From an uncultured delta proteobacterium (GTDB lineage: Bacteria > Desulfobacterota > Binatia > Binatales > Binataceae): 64,000 bases of DNA. The DNA is taken from NCBI GenBank assembly GCA_963744545.1, contig CAVUUH010000036.1, positions 141,880 to 205,879 of the forward strand, written 5' to 3'. Below, piece by piece: positions 1 through 9,370 of this stretch. The notes beneath the pieces were generated by a model that saw only the letters and a program-made list of their open reading frames with translations, ran no database searches and was not told where the DNA came from. Within the stretch, counting starts at the first letter, position 1; every line of letters starts with the position of its first letter. A program made the translations under genes and the position numbers.

Positions 1-644
1 AGCATCGGGATCAATTCGGCGCGAATCCGGTTGCGCAAAATATCGCGCGACGAATTCGACGAATCCTCGACGAACGGAATCCCTCGCGCATCCAGATATT
101 CACGAATCTCGGCCCGCGAAAGCGACAACATCGGACGAATTATTTTAGCAGGCCCGCGCTCGGCCATCGCCGCCATCCCGACGCGCACCGGCGCCGCGCA
201 TCAGACGCATCAGCACGGTTTCAGCCTGATCGTCGCGATGGTGCCCAAGCGCTACAAAATCAGCGTGGACGCGGTCGGCGACGCGCAACAGAAACTCGCG
301 GCGAGCATCGCGCGCCCGCTCCTCGAGGTTCGCGGTCGTAGTCGATGCGTCCAGCCCGTCGGCGCCCTCGACAATCAACTCAATCCCGAGCCGCGCGCAC
401 ATCGAGCGCACGAATTCTTCGTCGCGATCTGCCTCATCACCGCGAATCTGATGATTGAGATGCGCTGCGACGACGCGGAAGCTCAGTCGCTCGCGAAAAT
501 CGACCAGCGCGCAGGTAAGCGCGACAGAATCAGCGCCGCCGGATAGTCCGACGAGCATGGATGAGCCGCGACGCATCCCCGTCCGCAAGAGTGCGGCCTC
601 AATCGCCCTGATTACAGTCTCTTCAGCATCCCGAACCATCACGA
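1..644 (-). CDS. tilS: tRNA(Ile)-lysidine synthetase TilS, N-terminal part. The 5' end runs off the window and there is an apparent frameshift near 145-160.
   Basis: PP-loop motif LSGGADS in ORF 145..708. After its stop at 145 the TilS homology continues in another frame (IIRPMLSLSRAEIREYLDARGIPFVEDSSN...ILRNRIRAELIPML). The likely start is the ATG at 642-644 (MVRDAEE...); the upstream 'residues' are read-through of the adjacent repeat. Confidence 0.7.
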
Positions 645-655
645 CGAGATTACTC

Positions 656-832
656 TTACACCTCTCCCCTCGGGAGAGGTCGCGCATCAGGCGCGGGTGA
701 GGGCGCACGCATCCAGCTTGATTTGAGCGCCCTCACCCGCCCAACGATAAAAATATCGTCGGGCGACCTCTCCCGGTTTGCGCCTGTTCAACAAAGTCGC
801 CATCCGCGGGAGAAGTAATTCCAGCCGCGACG
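656..832. repeat. REP/MITE-like element copy 1 (~175 bp) with nested inverted repeats (cctctccc-N4-gggagagg; gggtgagggcgc...gcgccctcaccc; cgacgata...tatcgtcg; ggcgacctctcccgg...ccgcgggagaagt)
   Basis: About 88% identical to 1236..1396 in the same orientation. Internal palindromic modules are visible directly in the sequence. Confidence 0.7.
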
Positions 833-866
833 TTTGAGCAGTGCACCTTTCACCAAATCAATCGCG

Positions 867-1231
867 TCTTACCTGGTTAGATCGCCGTGAGTATCTCCGC
901 CACCACAAATTCGGAGCCCCTTAACACCTGGTCATTCCAGAACCGCAGAACACGAAATCCTTTTTGGCTCAGGAACCGGCTCCTCGATGCGTCCGCAACT
1001 TCCCTGTTCCGCGTGCTGACCGCCGTCCAACTCAACGATTAGTCGACGGTCGAGGCAGCAAAAGTCGGCGATATAATTCCCTATCGGCACTTGTCGCCTA
1101 AACTTCATGCCGAGCAAGGCACGATTTCGGAGGATGTTCCAGAGCTTAAGCTCGGGTTCAGTCATCTCTCGCCGCATGCGGCGGGCTCGATCGAGAATTA
1201 TGGGATCGATCGGCGGTTTAGTCTCCATCAT
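867..1231 (-). pseudogene. DUF559 endonuclease-domain protein (Vsr-like fold) with an apparent frameshift near 1010
   Basis: The N-terminal part (METKPPIDPIILDRARRMRREMTEPELKLWNILRNRALLGMKFRRQVPIGNYIADFCCLDRRLIVELDGGQHAEQ) is in one frame. The canonical C-terminus (DASRSRFLSQKGFRVLRFWNDQVLRGSEFVVAEILTAI*) is in another frame, with a stop at 867-869. Confidence 0.7.
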
Positions 1232-1235
1232 GGAA

Positions 1236-1396
1236 GTATACCTCTCCCACCGGGAGAGGTCGCGCCTCGCGGGTGAGGGCGCAAGCATCCAGCTGAATGC
1301 CAGCGCCCTCACCCGCCCGACGATATGAATATCGTCGGGCGACCTCTCCCGGTTTGCGGATGGCGACAAAGTCGCCATCCGCGGGAGAGGTAATTC
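1236..1396. repeat. REP/MITE-like element copy 2 (~160 bp); begins 5 bp upstream of the DUF559 start codon
   Basis: Same nested inverted-repeat architecture as 656..832. Confidence 0.7.
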
Positions 1397-1437
1397 GCGG
1401 CGTTGTTCATTTGTGTGTTGACCTCGCAGAATTTCCA

Positions 1438-1815
1438 TCAACTTTGATCGCTTGATTTTGCGACCCGCCGCAATCGCGGCGGATTCGGGAGCGCGCTGCC
1501 GTCCGCGTGGATTGCGATTTCTATAAATTGGCGCAGCTCGATGCGTAGTTCGCCGACTGCGAGGCCCATGTGCTCGTGCGGAATCGGATCGAGCTTGGCC
1601 GAGGCTTTGTCGTATAGAGACCGGGCGCCTTCGAGGTTTCCGCGCTGTGCGTGCAGGATCGCGACCGCGGCCTGGATTAATCCCTGGTAGAAGAGTTTCA
1701 GTTCACCGTCGGAGCGCTTCCAGATTTCCTCCCACGCCTCGTGACACTCGAAGAAGCGACCCTCATTGAAGAGATCGATGCCCTGTTCGTAGAAATCTGG
1801 GCGCGGATGCGTCAC
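1438..1815 (-). CDS. DUF309 domain protein
   Basis: Motif FNEGRFFECHEAWEEIW. A 4-nt ATGA overlap with the upstream EthD gene suggests translational coupling. Confidence 0.7.
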   Translation of the reverse strand: MTHPRPDFYEQGIDLFNEGRFFECHEAWEEIWKRSDGELKLFYQGLIQAAVAILHAQRGNLEGARSLYDKASAKLDPIPHEHMGLAVGELRIELRQFIEIAIHADGSALPNPPRLRRVAKSSDQS

Positions 1816-2477
1816 ACAATTCGGTGCTCGGACGTGATTAGGAATGGGAACGGCAGCGCGAGGAACTTTGGCTCGTCGAGGCGCACCGCACGGTACTCGT
1901 CGGTGTTGCCTGAATCCCGGACCGCGTCAAAATTGTCGAACCACAGCTCTGCGACGCCATCGTAGCGTGGCGATGCGCCGGCGGCGTATCCCGACGGTCG
2001 CACGTGGCATTGGATGTAGCGTCGCGCTTGCGGGATCTTCGCGGCGAGCGGGCCGTGATGCGTTCGCCAGTATGCCTGGAACGCGGCGACGTCGGTGCCG
2101 GGCTTGCGCGTGAGCATCGAGAACATTTTAACTGCGCCGTCGCCGGGCGTCCCCTCTTTCTGGATAATCTCGTTCACGATAATCGATCCGGCCTTCGACA
2201 TATCGACGAATTTCGCATCGTCGGCGTGTGCCGCTTGTCGCGGTGCCGAATCGGCGGTGGCGCGAATGACGGCTTCATCCTCGAACCATGCTTCCGAAAT
2301 CCCGTCGTACAAAGGTTCGTGGTTGCGGTATGCCGACGGCAGCGTGATCGACGCGACATACTTTCGCAGTTCGGGTATCGCGCGAATAATCGCGGCGTGT
2401 TGGTCTAGCCAGTAGTTGCGGAAGTCGTCGACGCTGAGGCCCGGCTTGCGCTTGAAGAAATTGAGAGCCTTGACCAT
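1812..2477 (-). CDS. tandem EthD-domain protein
   Basis: Two EthD-like repeats (…FRNYWLDQHAAI… / …FQAYWRTHHGPLAAKIP…). Confidence 0.6.
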   Translation of the reverse strand: MVKALNFFKRKPGLSVDDFRNYWLDQHAAIIRAIPELRKYVASITLPSAYRNHEPLYDGISEAWFEDEAVIRATADSAPRQAAHADDAKFVDMSKAGSIIVNEIIQKEGTPGDGAVKMFSMLTRKPGTDVAAFQAYWRTHHGPLAAKIPQARRYIQCHVRPSGYAAGASPRYDGVAELWFDNFDAVRDSGNTDEYRAVRLDEPKFLALPFPFLITSEHRIV

Positions 2478-2486
2478 GCCGCGCAG

Positions 2487-3032
2487 CTATTGCTTGGTGG
2501 TGCCGGGCTCCAGCTCGACGCCGACCGGGACCAGCACGCGGACGACCATGTTGTAGAAGGCGACGTTCTGCACCAGTTCCATCACGCGGCGCGTGTCGAG
2601 GAATGGCTTCAGCGCGTTCCAGGTGGCGTCGGTCACGCGGACGTTGTTGGTCGCCTCGACAGCATAGCGAATCACGGCGCGCTCGTTGTCGTTGAACGTC
2701 GGGGATTTCTCCCAGTCTGCCAGCGCTTCGAGCTGTTCGCGCGAGACGCCGACGCGCCGCGCGATATTCCAGTGATGCACGAACTCGTACTGCGCGTCGG
2801 TCAGGCGTCCAACCGTGCAGATCGCGAGTTCGCGGAGTTTTGGATCGAGTTCTGTTTTGTTGCGAAGCTCGCTGCCCATTTGACAGAAGCGGCGCAGCAG
2901 GTTGGGCGTATGTCCGAGCGCCTTGAAAATGTTGCCGACGGTGCCGCCGCGCTCGGCGGCGAGGTTGTCGTAGATGACGCGGTCGGCTTCGGGGAGATCT
3001 TCGCGATTCAGGTAAGGTACGCGGGCCGCCAT
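2487..3032 (-). CDS. carboxymuconolactone decarboxylase (CMD/AhpD-like) family protein
   Basis: CMD-family signature across the ORF (…ICTVGRLTDAQYEFVHHWNIARRVGVS…). Confidence 0.65.
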   Translation of the reverse strand: MAARVPYLNREDLPEADRVIYDNLAAERGGTVGNIFKALGHTPNLLRRFCQMGSELRNKTELDPKLRELAICTVGRLTDAQYEFVHHWNIARRVGVSREQLEALADWEKSPTFNDNERAVIRYAVEATNNVRVTDATWNALKPFLDTRRVMELVQNVAFYNMVVRVLVPVGVELEPGTTKQ

Positions 3033-3095
3033 GAGTGCACCTCCTCAGTACGCAGAGACGGAATCTTGAATCGCGCGCGACGCGCTGAACAAGGT

Positions 3096-3121
3096 CCCTC
3101 TCCTTAAATCCTCTCCCCGAG
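3096..3121 (-). terminator. GC-rich hairpin (cctctcccc gagg gagagggggg) just downstream of the ilvB stop
   Basis: A perfect 9-10 bp inverted repeat sits 15 bp after the ilvB stop. The same hairpin type recurs at 17028-17052 and inside the REP-like elements. Confidence 0.5.
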
Positions 3122-3136
3122 GGAGAGGGGGGAACC

Positions 3137-4834
3137 TCAGGCGAACAGCATTTCGGACATTGCGCCGCCGGGCGGGATCATCGGCATCACCGCTTCTTCC
3201 TTCGGGATCACGACGTCGATCAGAACCGGGCCGGGCGTTGCGAATGCTTCTTTCATCGTCGCGACCAGGTCTTTCGCTTTTTCAATTCGGAAACCGTGCA
3301 TGCCATACGCGTCGGCCAGCTTGACGAAGTTCGGCACCGACATTGCCGAGTAGGAATACCGCTCGGCGTAGAACTTCTCCTGCCACTGGCGAACCATCCC
3401 GAGGAAGTAGTTATTCAGAATGATCACTTTGATATCGACGTTGTATTGGACCGCCGTGCCCAGTTCCTGGATGTTCATCTGGATCGAGCCGTCGCCGGAC
3501 ACCACTACTACTTTCTTGTCGGGCGCGGCGAAGGTCGCACCGATTCCAGCCGGCAATCCGTAGCCCATCGTGCCCAGTCCGCCCGAGGTCAGCCATGAGC
3601 GCGGATTCTCGAACGGGAACATCTGCGCCACCCACATCTGATGCTGGCCGACGTCAGTTGCGATTATGCAGTCGCCCTTCGTGATGTTGTGCATCTCGGC
3701 GATAACGTCGAGCGGCGACACACTCTCGCCGCGATGATTGTTCTCGTAGAGCGGCTTATCCTTCTGCCACTGGAGGATCTGCTGATGCCACTTGGTCCAT
3801 TCGGCGCGACGCTGGCCGATACTCTCGCGGCCTTTGATCTGGGTCAGCATGTCGGTGAGCACCGACTTGATATCGCCGACGATCGGAATATCGACTTTGA
3901 CGTTCTTCGAAATCGACGACGGGTCGATATCGATATGGATAATCGTTTCGGCTTTCGGTGCGAATTGGGAAATCTTGCCGGTGACGCGATCGTCGAAGCG
4001 CGCGCCGACTGCGATCAGGCAGTCGGTGTTGCAGACCGCGGTGTTGGTGCCGTACGAACCATGCATCCCGAGCATCCCGAGCCGCAGTGAGTCGGACGCC
4101 GGGAACGATCCAAGTCCCATCAGCGTTTCGGTGATTGGAATACCCAGTCCTCTGACCAGTTCGCGCAGTTCGGACGCCGCGCCGGACCATTGCACGCCGC
4201 CGCCGACATAAAACAACGGCGTCGAGCTTTTTTCGATCGCTTCGATCGCGCGCTCTATTTGCCGCGGATTGCCGCGAATCGTCGGCTTGTAGCCGCGCAG
4301 CTCAATTTTTTCAGAAAGGTGAAAGGTATGCTCGGCCTGCTGCACGTCCTTGGGCAAATCGACGACGACTGGACCGGGACGTCCGCTGCCGGCGATATAA
4401 AATGCTTCCTTGATGATGCGCGAGATGTCCTTGACGTTCTTGACCAGGAAATTGTGCTTGGTGCATGGACGCGTGATGCCGACGAAGTCCGCTTCCTGGA
4501 AAGCGTCGTTGCCGATCATGGTGGTCGGAACCTGGCCGGACAGCACCACCATCGGGGTGGAATCCATGTAGGCGTCGGCGATTCCGGTGACGGTGTTGGT
4601 CGCACCGGGGCCGGAGGTAACGAGCACGACGCCGGGGCGTCCACTGACGCGAGCATAGCCCTCGGCCATATGAGTCGCGCCCTGTTCATGGCGGACGAGA
4701 ACGTGCTTGATTTTTGAGTCGAGCAGAGCGTCGTAGGTCGGCAGGATAGCGCCGCCGGGATAGCCGAAGATTACGTCGACGCCTTCGGCAATCAGGCTCT
4801 CGATAACGATTTGTGCTCCCGTGAGTTTTTTCAT
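3137..4834 (-). CDS. ilvB: acetolactate synthase, large (catalytic) subunit, biosynthetic type; no ilvN small-subunit gene is adjacent
   Basis: The 565-aa TPP enzyme aligns end to end with IlvB (…GYPGGAILP…GPGATN…; C-terminus IPPGGAMSEMLFA). Confidence 0.9.
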   Translation of the reverse strand: MKKLTGAQIVIESLIAEGVDVIFGYPGGAILPTYDALLDSKIKHVLVRHEQGATHMAEGYARVSGRPGVVLVTSGPGATNTVTGIADAYMDSTPMVVLSGQVPTTMIGNDAFQEADFVGITRPCTKHNFLVKNVKDISRIIKEAFYIAGSGRPGPVVVDLPKDVQQAEHTFHLSEKIELRGYKPTIRGNPRQIERAIEAIEKSSTPLFYVGGGVQWSGAASELRELVRGLGIPITETLMGLGSFPASDSLRLGMLGMHGSYGTNTAVCNTDCLIAVGARFDDRVTGKISQFAPKAETIIHIDIDPSSISKNVKVDIPIVGDIKSVLTDMLTQIKGRESIGQRRAEWTKWHQQILQWQKDKPLYENNHRGESVSPLDVIAEMHNITKGDCIIATDVGQHQMWVAQMFPFENPRSWLTSGGLGTMGYGLPAGIGATFAAPDKKVVVVSGDGSIQMNIQELGTAVQYNVDIKVIILNNYFLGMVRQWQEKFYAERYSYSAMSVPNFVKLADAYGMHGFRIEKAKDLVATMKEAFATPGPVLIDVVIPKEEAVMPMIPPGGAMSEMLFA

Positions 4835-5014
4835 TTCCCCGATTTTGTGCCGTTTTTCCCTCTGATTGAGCCTTCAAAGGTACACTACGCAAGGATATCG
4901 GTACAACTTGGGAGTGCTTCGGACGGGCTGGTGTTGGAACTTTCGTAAATCCCTGTCATTTTGAGCCGTCGCACGGGGGTTTTGCACCGATCGCGATGGG
5001 AGGAGGACAACTTT

Positions 5015-5512
5015 ATGAAGAGTCTGAAATTCAGCCTAATCGTAATGTTCCTTTTCGCGCTTGCAGCCGTCGCGCGTGGTGCGGGCGACGGAGCCGCGCC
5101 CTCTGCTGCGGATGTTCATCTGTTCGACTCGCCCAAGGATATAAAATGGGGGCCGGCGCCACCCGTGGTGCCGAAAGGCGCCCAGGCCGCGGTGCTGGAC
5201 GGAGATCCGTTCAAGGATGGGTCATCTTACACGCTCCGACTGAAGATGCCTGACGGCTACAAGATCCCACCTCACTGGCATCCGACCGATGAGAACGTAA
5301 CGGTATTGAGCGGCACTCTCGGCGCAGGAATGGGAGACCAATTCGATCCGGCCAAAGGTCAGCTGATGAAGCCGGGCGGGTTCGTGACGATGCCGCACGG
5401 CATGCACCATTTCGCGTGGGCCAAGGGTCCAACGGTCGTCCAGGTGCACGGGATCGGGCCGTTCGCCTTCACGTACGTGAATCCGGCTGACGATCCGCGA
5501 AATCAGCACTGA
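5015..5512 (+). CDS. secreted cupin-domain protein
   Basis: Strong SD (gggaggagga) precedes the ATG at 5015. A signal peptide MKSLKFSLIVMFLFALAAVARG is followed by a cupin core (…YKIPPHWHPTDENVTVLSG…). Confidence 0.65.
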   Translation: MKSLKFSLIVMFLFALAAVARGAGDGAAPSAADVHLFDSPKDIKWGPAPPVVPKGAQAAVLDGDPFKDGSSYTLRLKMPDGYKIPPHWHPTDENVTVLSGTLGAGMGDQFDPAKGQLMKPGGFVTMPHGMHHFAWAKGPTVVQVHGIGPFAFTYVNPADDPRNQH

Positions 5513-5552
5513 AAGAGGTCGAGAGACGAGGGTCGGCCAAACAATAGTAAGC

Positions 5553-6013
5553 ATGAAGATCCATACCCTCGAACGCACGCAGATCGTGCGGCGGCCGCTG
5601 GCTGAGACTTCGAATTTTTCTCGGATCCGCGAAATCTTCAGCGGCTGACTCCGGCGTTTCTGAATTTCAGATTTCTCGAGCCGCCGCCCGAAGTCATGCA
5701 TCCGGGAACGGCGATCGATTACCAGATTAGCCTGTATGGTGTGCCGGTGCATTGGCGGACGCGGATTGAAATCGTCGAGCCACCGAACAAGTTTGTCGAT
5801 GTGCAAGAGAAAGGGCCGTACGCCTTATGGCGCCATCGCCATACCTTCAGTGACGCCGGCAACGGAAGGACGGAGGTGAAGGATTTCGTGGAATACGCGC
5901 TGCCGCTGTGGCCGCTCGGCGAGGTTGCGTATTACCTGTTCGTCGCGCGCAGCCTCGAGCAGATATTTGAGTACCGCGAGCGGGAGCTAGAGGCGATTAT
6001 TGGGGGATCCTAA
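5553..6013 (+). pseudogene. SRPBCC-family protein (COG4276-like). There is a frameshift at the T5 run near 5607-5620, and the extreme C-terminus is replaced by read-through into the IS5 left inverted repeat.
   Basis: Frame 0 reads MKIHTLERTQIVRRPLAE, then the -1 frame reads FEFFSDPRNLQRLTPAFLNFRF…WRHRHTF…, matching this family. The last codons (…AIIGGS*) lie inside the IS inverted repeat. Confidence 0.6.
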
Positions 6014-7265
6014 CCTCTCCTTGTCCGAGAGAGCTTTGCACAACCGGCGCGGGTGTTCGGCAGTAACAGGTGGTGCTTTGATTCAGTTCGAAGCGCTGAG
6101 GTGAGGGAGGTGGAGTCCCCTGCAGAGTTGTTGGCTTCTTGTTTTTCGGGTGGCGGATGCGGTTCGGCCTCAGCGCCGCGCTTAAGCGGAGCGCAAGACG
6201 AGCGCCCGGCGCAGATTGAGAGCGACGCACATCAGGTGAAGCTGCAGCGCATTGCGCGTCAGTCCGCGATAACGTACCCGCCGGTATCCGTACCAGCGCT
6301 TCATCCAGGCGAAGCTACGCTCGACCGCGAAGCGGGTGCGGGTCAGACTTCGATTGCGCGCGACCAGCTCCGGATCAGGATTGCGGGCAGTGCCCCACCA
6401 TGCACGCCGCATGATGCCGTCGGCGATGCCCAACCGCGCCAGCAGCTCGCGCCGCGCCACACTATCGTAAGCCTTGTCGCCGTATACACATTGCTCGTCG
6501 CCGCAGATCAGATCGTCGGCCACCACGGTTTCATTGGTTTTGGCCCCGGTCAGGATCGCTTTGCGCACCAGCCCCGAACCGGCGTCCACTGCCACGTGCG
6601 CTTTGTAGCCGAAGTGATAGTGGCGCACCTTGCCGTCCTTGCGCGTGCTCCATTCGGCATCGGGATCCTGCGGAGCCTTGGTCCCCGGCGCAACCGTGCC
6701 CTTGGGCCCGCTGGGCGGATTGACCGCCCCCTGAACTACGGTCGCATCGATGATGGTGCCGCGCTTGAGGATCAATCCTTGCGCTGAAAGCTGGCGGTTA
6801 ACTTCGGCCATCAGCCGCTCGCCGAGACCGCGCCGCGACAGCTGCGCGCGAAAGCGGCTTATCGTGCTGTGATCGGGCAACCGCTGCTTAAATCCCAAGC
6901 CGACAAAACTCCGGAAGCGTGAAACGGTCCAGCGGCGCGTCTTCAAAGCCGGATCAGAGAGCTGATACCATTGCTGCAACAGCAATGCTTTGAACATCAA
7001 CAAGGGCCGATACGCCGGCCGTCCCTCGCCAGCCGCGTACACTTCACCGAGCTGCCCCTCAATCGCGCCCCAGTCCAGCAACTTCGCGATCTCAAGTAGC
7101 CGACGGTTGCCGCCCCCGCTGCCGTATATCTCCTGCTCCGCGAAACTCCTCTGCCGCTCCTCTTCATGCCACATCCGCCCCGCGCCTCCCGCGCACCTAT
7201 CCTTTGATCATACCGCGCGAGGTTATGCAAAGATTTCTCGGACAAGGAGAGGTTAAGATCCTCCA
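6001..7265 (-). mobile_element. IS5-family insertion sequence (~1.26 kb) with ~36-bp imperfect terminal inverted repeats (TGGGGGATCCTAACCTCTCCTTGTCCGAGAGAGCTTTGCA / the reverse complement of the right end TGGAGGATCTTAACCTCTCCTTGTCCGAGAAATCTTTGCA)
   Basis: The inverted repeats were read directly from the sequence. They enclose a single DDE transposase ORF. Confidence 0.8.
6182..7174 (-). CDS. IS5-family DDE transposase
   Basis: A 330-aa ORF with an IS5/IS4-family transposase-like C-terminal region (…DKAYDS…RTRFAVERSFAWMKRWYGYRRVRYRGL…). Confidence 0.85.
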   Translation of the reverse strand: MWHEEERQRSFAEQEIYGSGGGNRRLLEIAKLLDWGAIEGQLGEVYAAGEGRPAYRPLLMFKALLLQQWYQLSDPALKTRRWTVSRFRSFVGLGFKQRLPDHSTISRFRAQLSRRGLGERLMAEVNRQLSAQGLILKRGTIIDATVVQGAVNPPSGPKGTVAPGTKAPQDPDAEWSTRKDGKVRHYHFGYKAHVAVDAGSGLVRKAILTGAKTNETVVADDLICGDEQCVYGDKAYDSVARRELLARLGIADGIMRRAWWGTARNPDPELVARNRSLTRTRFAVERSFAWMKRWYGYRRVRYRGLTRNALQLHLMCVALNLRRALVLRSA

Positions 7266-7279
7266 TTCGCGCAATTGCT

Positions 7280-7726
7280 CTAATAATGCTGGGCGGGGGC
7301 GAAGCGGCCGCCGCCGGGTTCGGTGCCCATCACTTCGTAGGTTTGATTGTTGGGGGAGAACATCCCGCGCACCGTCAAGGTCTCGCCCGGCTGCATTTTC
7401 GCGAACGTGTCTTCGCCGAGGCCGGTGACATTGAAGTTGGGCTTGTACTGGCGGACCAACTGCCAAACGTCCGGCCAATGAACAATGCCGCGCGGGTCGT
7501 CGACGTAGGCGTCGTTGAGCACGAACTTGTAGGTTTTCGGGCCGACGCCCATCGTGACCACCTGCTTGTTGCCGAAGATCTCGCCGGGTGCGGGCTTGGT
7601 GATGACCATCGTGGTGGTCAGCGGAATCATCATTCCGCGCAACTGCGCGTCGGCGCCGGTTGTAATGCCTACGATCGCCGAAATTGCGATCGCGAATATG
7701 CTGATGCTGAAGATAGTTGGTTTCAT
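7280..7726 (-). CDS. hypothetical secreted protein
   Basis: Signal peptide MKPTIFSISIFAIAISAIVGITTGADA. No recognisable domain. Confidence 0.45.
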   Translation of the reverse strand: MKPTIFSISIFAIAISAIVGITTGADAQLRGMMIPLTTTMVITKPAPGEIFGNKQVVTMGVGPKTYKFVLNDAYVDDPRGIVHWPDVWQLVRQYKPNFNVTGLGEDTFAKMQPGETLTVRGMFSPNNQTYEVMGTEPGGGRFAPAQHY

Positions 7727-7868
7727 GCGAGTGACCTTGTCTGCTCCTTGCTGAATCATAAAGAGCGCGCCGACGAACGATCAAGCAGGAGCTTTTCGAC
7801 ACCAGCCTAACTACTGTAAGATTGCGGCCGACGCGCCAGAATCGGCGCCGCCGTGCCAGGGGAGGATT

Positions 7869-9224
7869 ATGAGACTGTCATCGCTTCCGATTGTGGCTGG
7901 AACCGTGTTGGCGATTCTGTGCGCGTTGGCTCCTGCACAAGCCGCGGTCAAGCCCGGCGACGTGATCACCAAGGACAACGCCGACAAGGTCATCGAGCTG
8001 CTGAGCCCCGGCAATTACATATTGGTGCAGGAGGGCATGCAGCTCAGGATCGTGCCGAGTGACAAGCTCGAATGGCCGCCGCCGTTCAAGGCCGCCACCG
8101 AGAAGTACTCGCCTCAAGTCCAGATCAACCCCGACGGCACGCTGAAGGGTTACGTCGCCGGGCTGCCGTTTCCGCTGCTCGATCCGAACGATCCGCAGAT
8201 GGCGACGAAGGTGATGTGGAATTTCAGCTTCCGGCCGCTGTATAGCGACGACATCGACATGCGTTTTCCCGAGGTTGCCAGCTTCGACAAGCACTCGACC
8301 GGATCGCCCCTGAGCTTCTATTCGGTCGGGCACTTCGCGTTCTACAACAATATCGGCCGGATCGAAGTGCCTCCGATACCGACCGATTCCGACGGCGCCG
8401 CCAGCGGCATTCGTTATCGCTTCGGCTTCTATCCGTTCCTGGAGCCGTCGGCATTGCGCGGCTATGGGATGGTGCGGCAGCGGCATATCGATCCCAAGAT
8501 CGAAGACAACGTCTGGGTGTACAATCCGGCGACGCGCAAACTGCGGCGGGAATCGGCAGACGTACTGTCGGACAGCATTGGGGCGTTGCCGGGATTTGGC
8601 GGAGGCGCCGGCGGGGGCGGCAGCTACGGGGGCGGAGCCGGGGGAATGGGAGCCAGTGGCGGTAGTGCCTATGCGAACACGCTCGATCCCGATTCGTATT
8701 TCGGGTTCTCGGCCAAAATCGAAGATTTCAACTACCGATACCTGGGCGAGAAGGAAATGCTCGCGTCGGTGCACGCTCAGCATTCGCCGGAGACGCAATG
8801 CCCATTCGATGGCGGCAAAACAATCTGCCCGGAAGACTGGGAGATGCGCCATCTGTACGTGATCGAAGCGATCTCGAAGCCGGGCCGCGATCTGACGATA
8901 CCCAAGCGTATTTTCTACATCGATTCAGAAGGATGGTTCATCACGGCGTCGGATCAGTACGATCGCCAGGGCAAGCTGTGGAAGACGATCGCGACCTTCA
9001 ATACTTATCGCGACCGGCCGGTCCCCGACGCCAGGATCGCAATCTATCCGTACAAGCGGATTTTCCAGCTGGGCCTGGTCGACGAGGATCTCGACACCGG
9101 CTACAGCTCGGTCGTTTATATGCCCGGGCCGACCGCGCCGGATCGCGAATGTTGGTATATCGACATGGGAACGGTCGACAATTCCTTCTTCGCGCCGCAA
9201 GCACTGGAGCGAGAGGGGCACTGA
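7869..9224 (+). CDS. DUF1329-family secreted protein (LolA-like fold) with an internal Gly-rich low-complexity insertion
   Basis: Signal peptide, then family motifs (…GLPFPLLDPNDPQMATKVMWNFSFRP…, …VWVYNPATRKLRRES…). The insertion is GFGGGAGGGGSYGGGAGGMGASGGSAYAN. Confidence 0.65.
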   Translation: MRLSSLPIVAGTVLAILCALAPAQAAVKPGDVITKDNADKVIELLSPGNYILVQEGMQLRIVPSDKLEWPPPFKAATEKYSPQVQINPDGTLKGYVAGLPFPLLDPNDPQMATKVMWNFSFRPLYSDDIDMRFPEVASFDKHSTGSPLSFYSVGHFAFYNNIGRIEVPPIPTDSDGAASGIRYRFGFYPFLEPSALRGYGMVRQRHIDPKIEDNVWVYNPATRKLRRESADVLSDSIGALPGFGGGAGGGGSYGGGAGGMGASGGSAYANTLDPDSYFGFSAKIEDFNYRYLGEKEMLASVHAQHSPETQCPFDGGKTICPEDWEMRHLYVIEAISKPGRDLTIPKRIFYIDSEGWFITASDQYDRQGKLWKTIATFNTYRDRPVPDARIAIYPYKRIFQLGLVDEDLDTGYSSVVYMPGPTAPDRECWYIDMGTVDNSFFAPQALEREGH

Positions 9225-9370
9225 GCGGATAATCGCCTGCGCGGCGGGCGGCAGGGGTGACCCCTGCACCTCAGTGGGAAGCGCAAAGTTGCGCGCGCAC
9301 GCGCTCACTTTGCTCTCGCGGCTCGGGTGACTCGACGGCGTGCATCCGATGGTTTCTGCGGGAATCCCGG

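Noticed and set aside
31-546. 171-aa plus-strand ORF at the window start
   Set aside because: It is antisense to the well-supported tilS gene and has no recognisable domain.
8224-8454. ORFs embedded in the Gly-rich segment of the DUF1329 gene, and other short ORFs of 60-100 aa overlapping confident genes
   Set aside because: They are overlapping-frame artefacts of low-complexity or GC-rich coding sequence.
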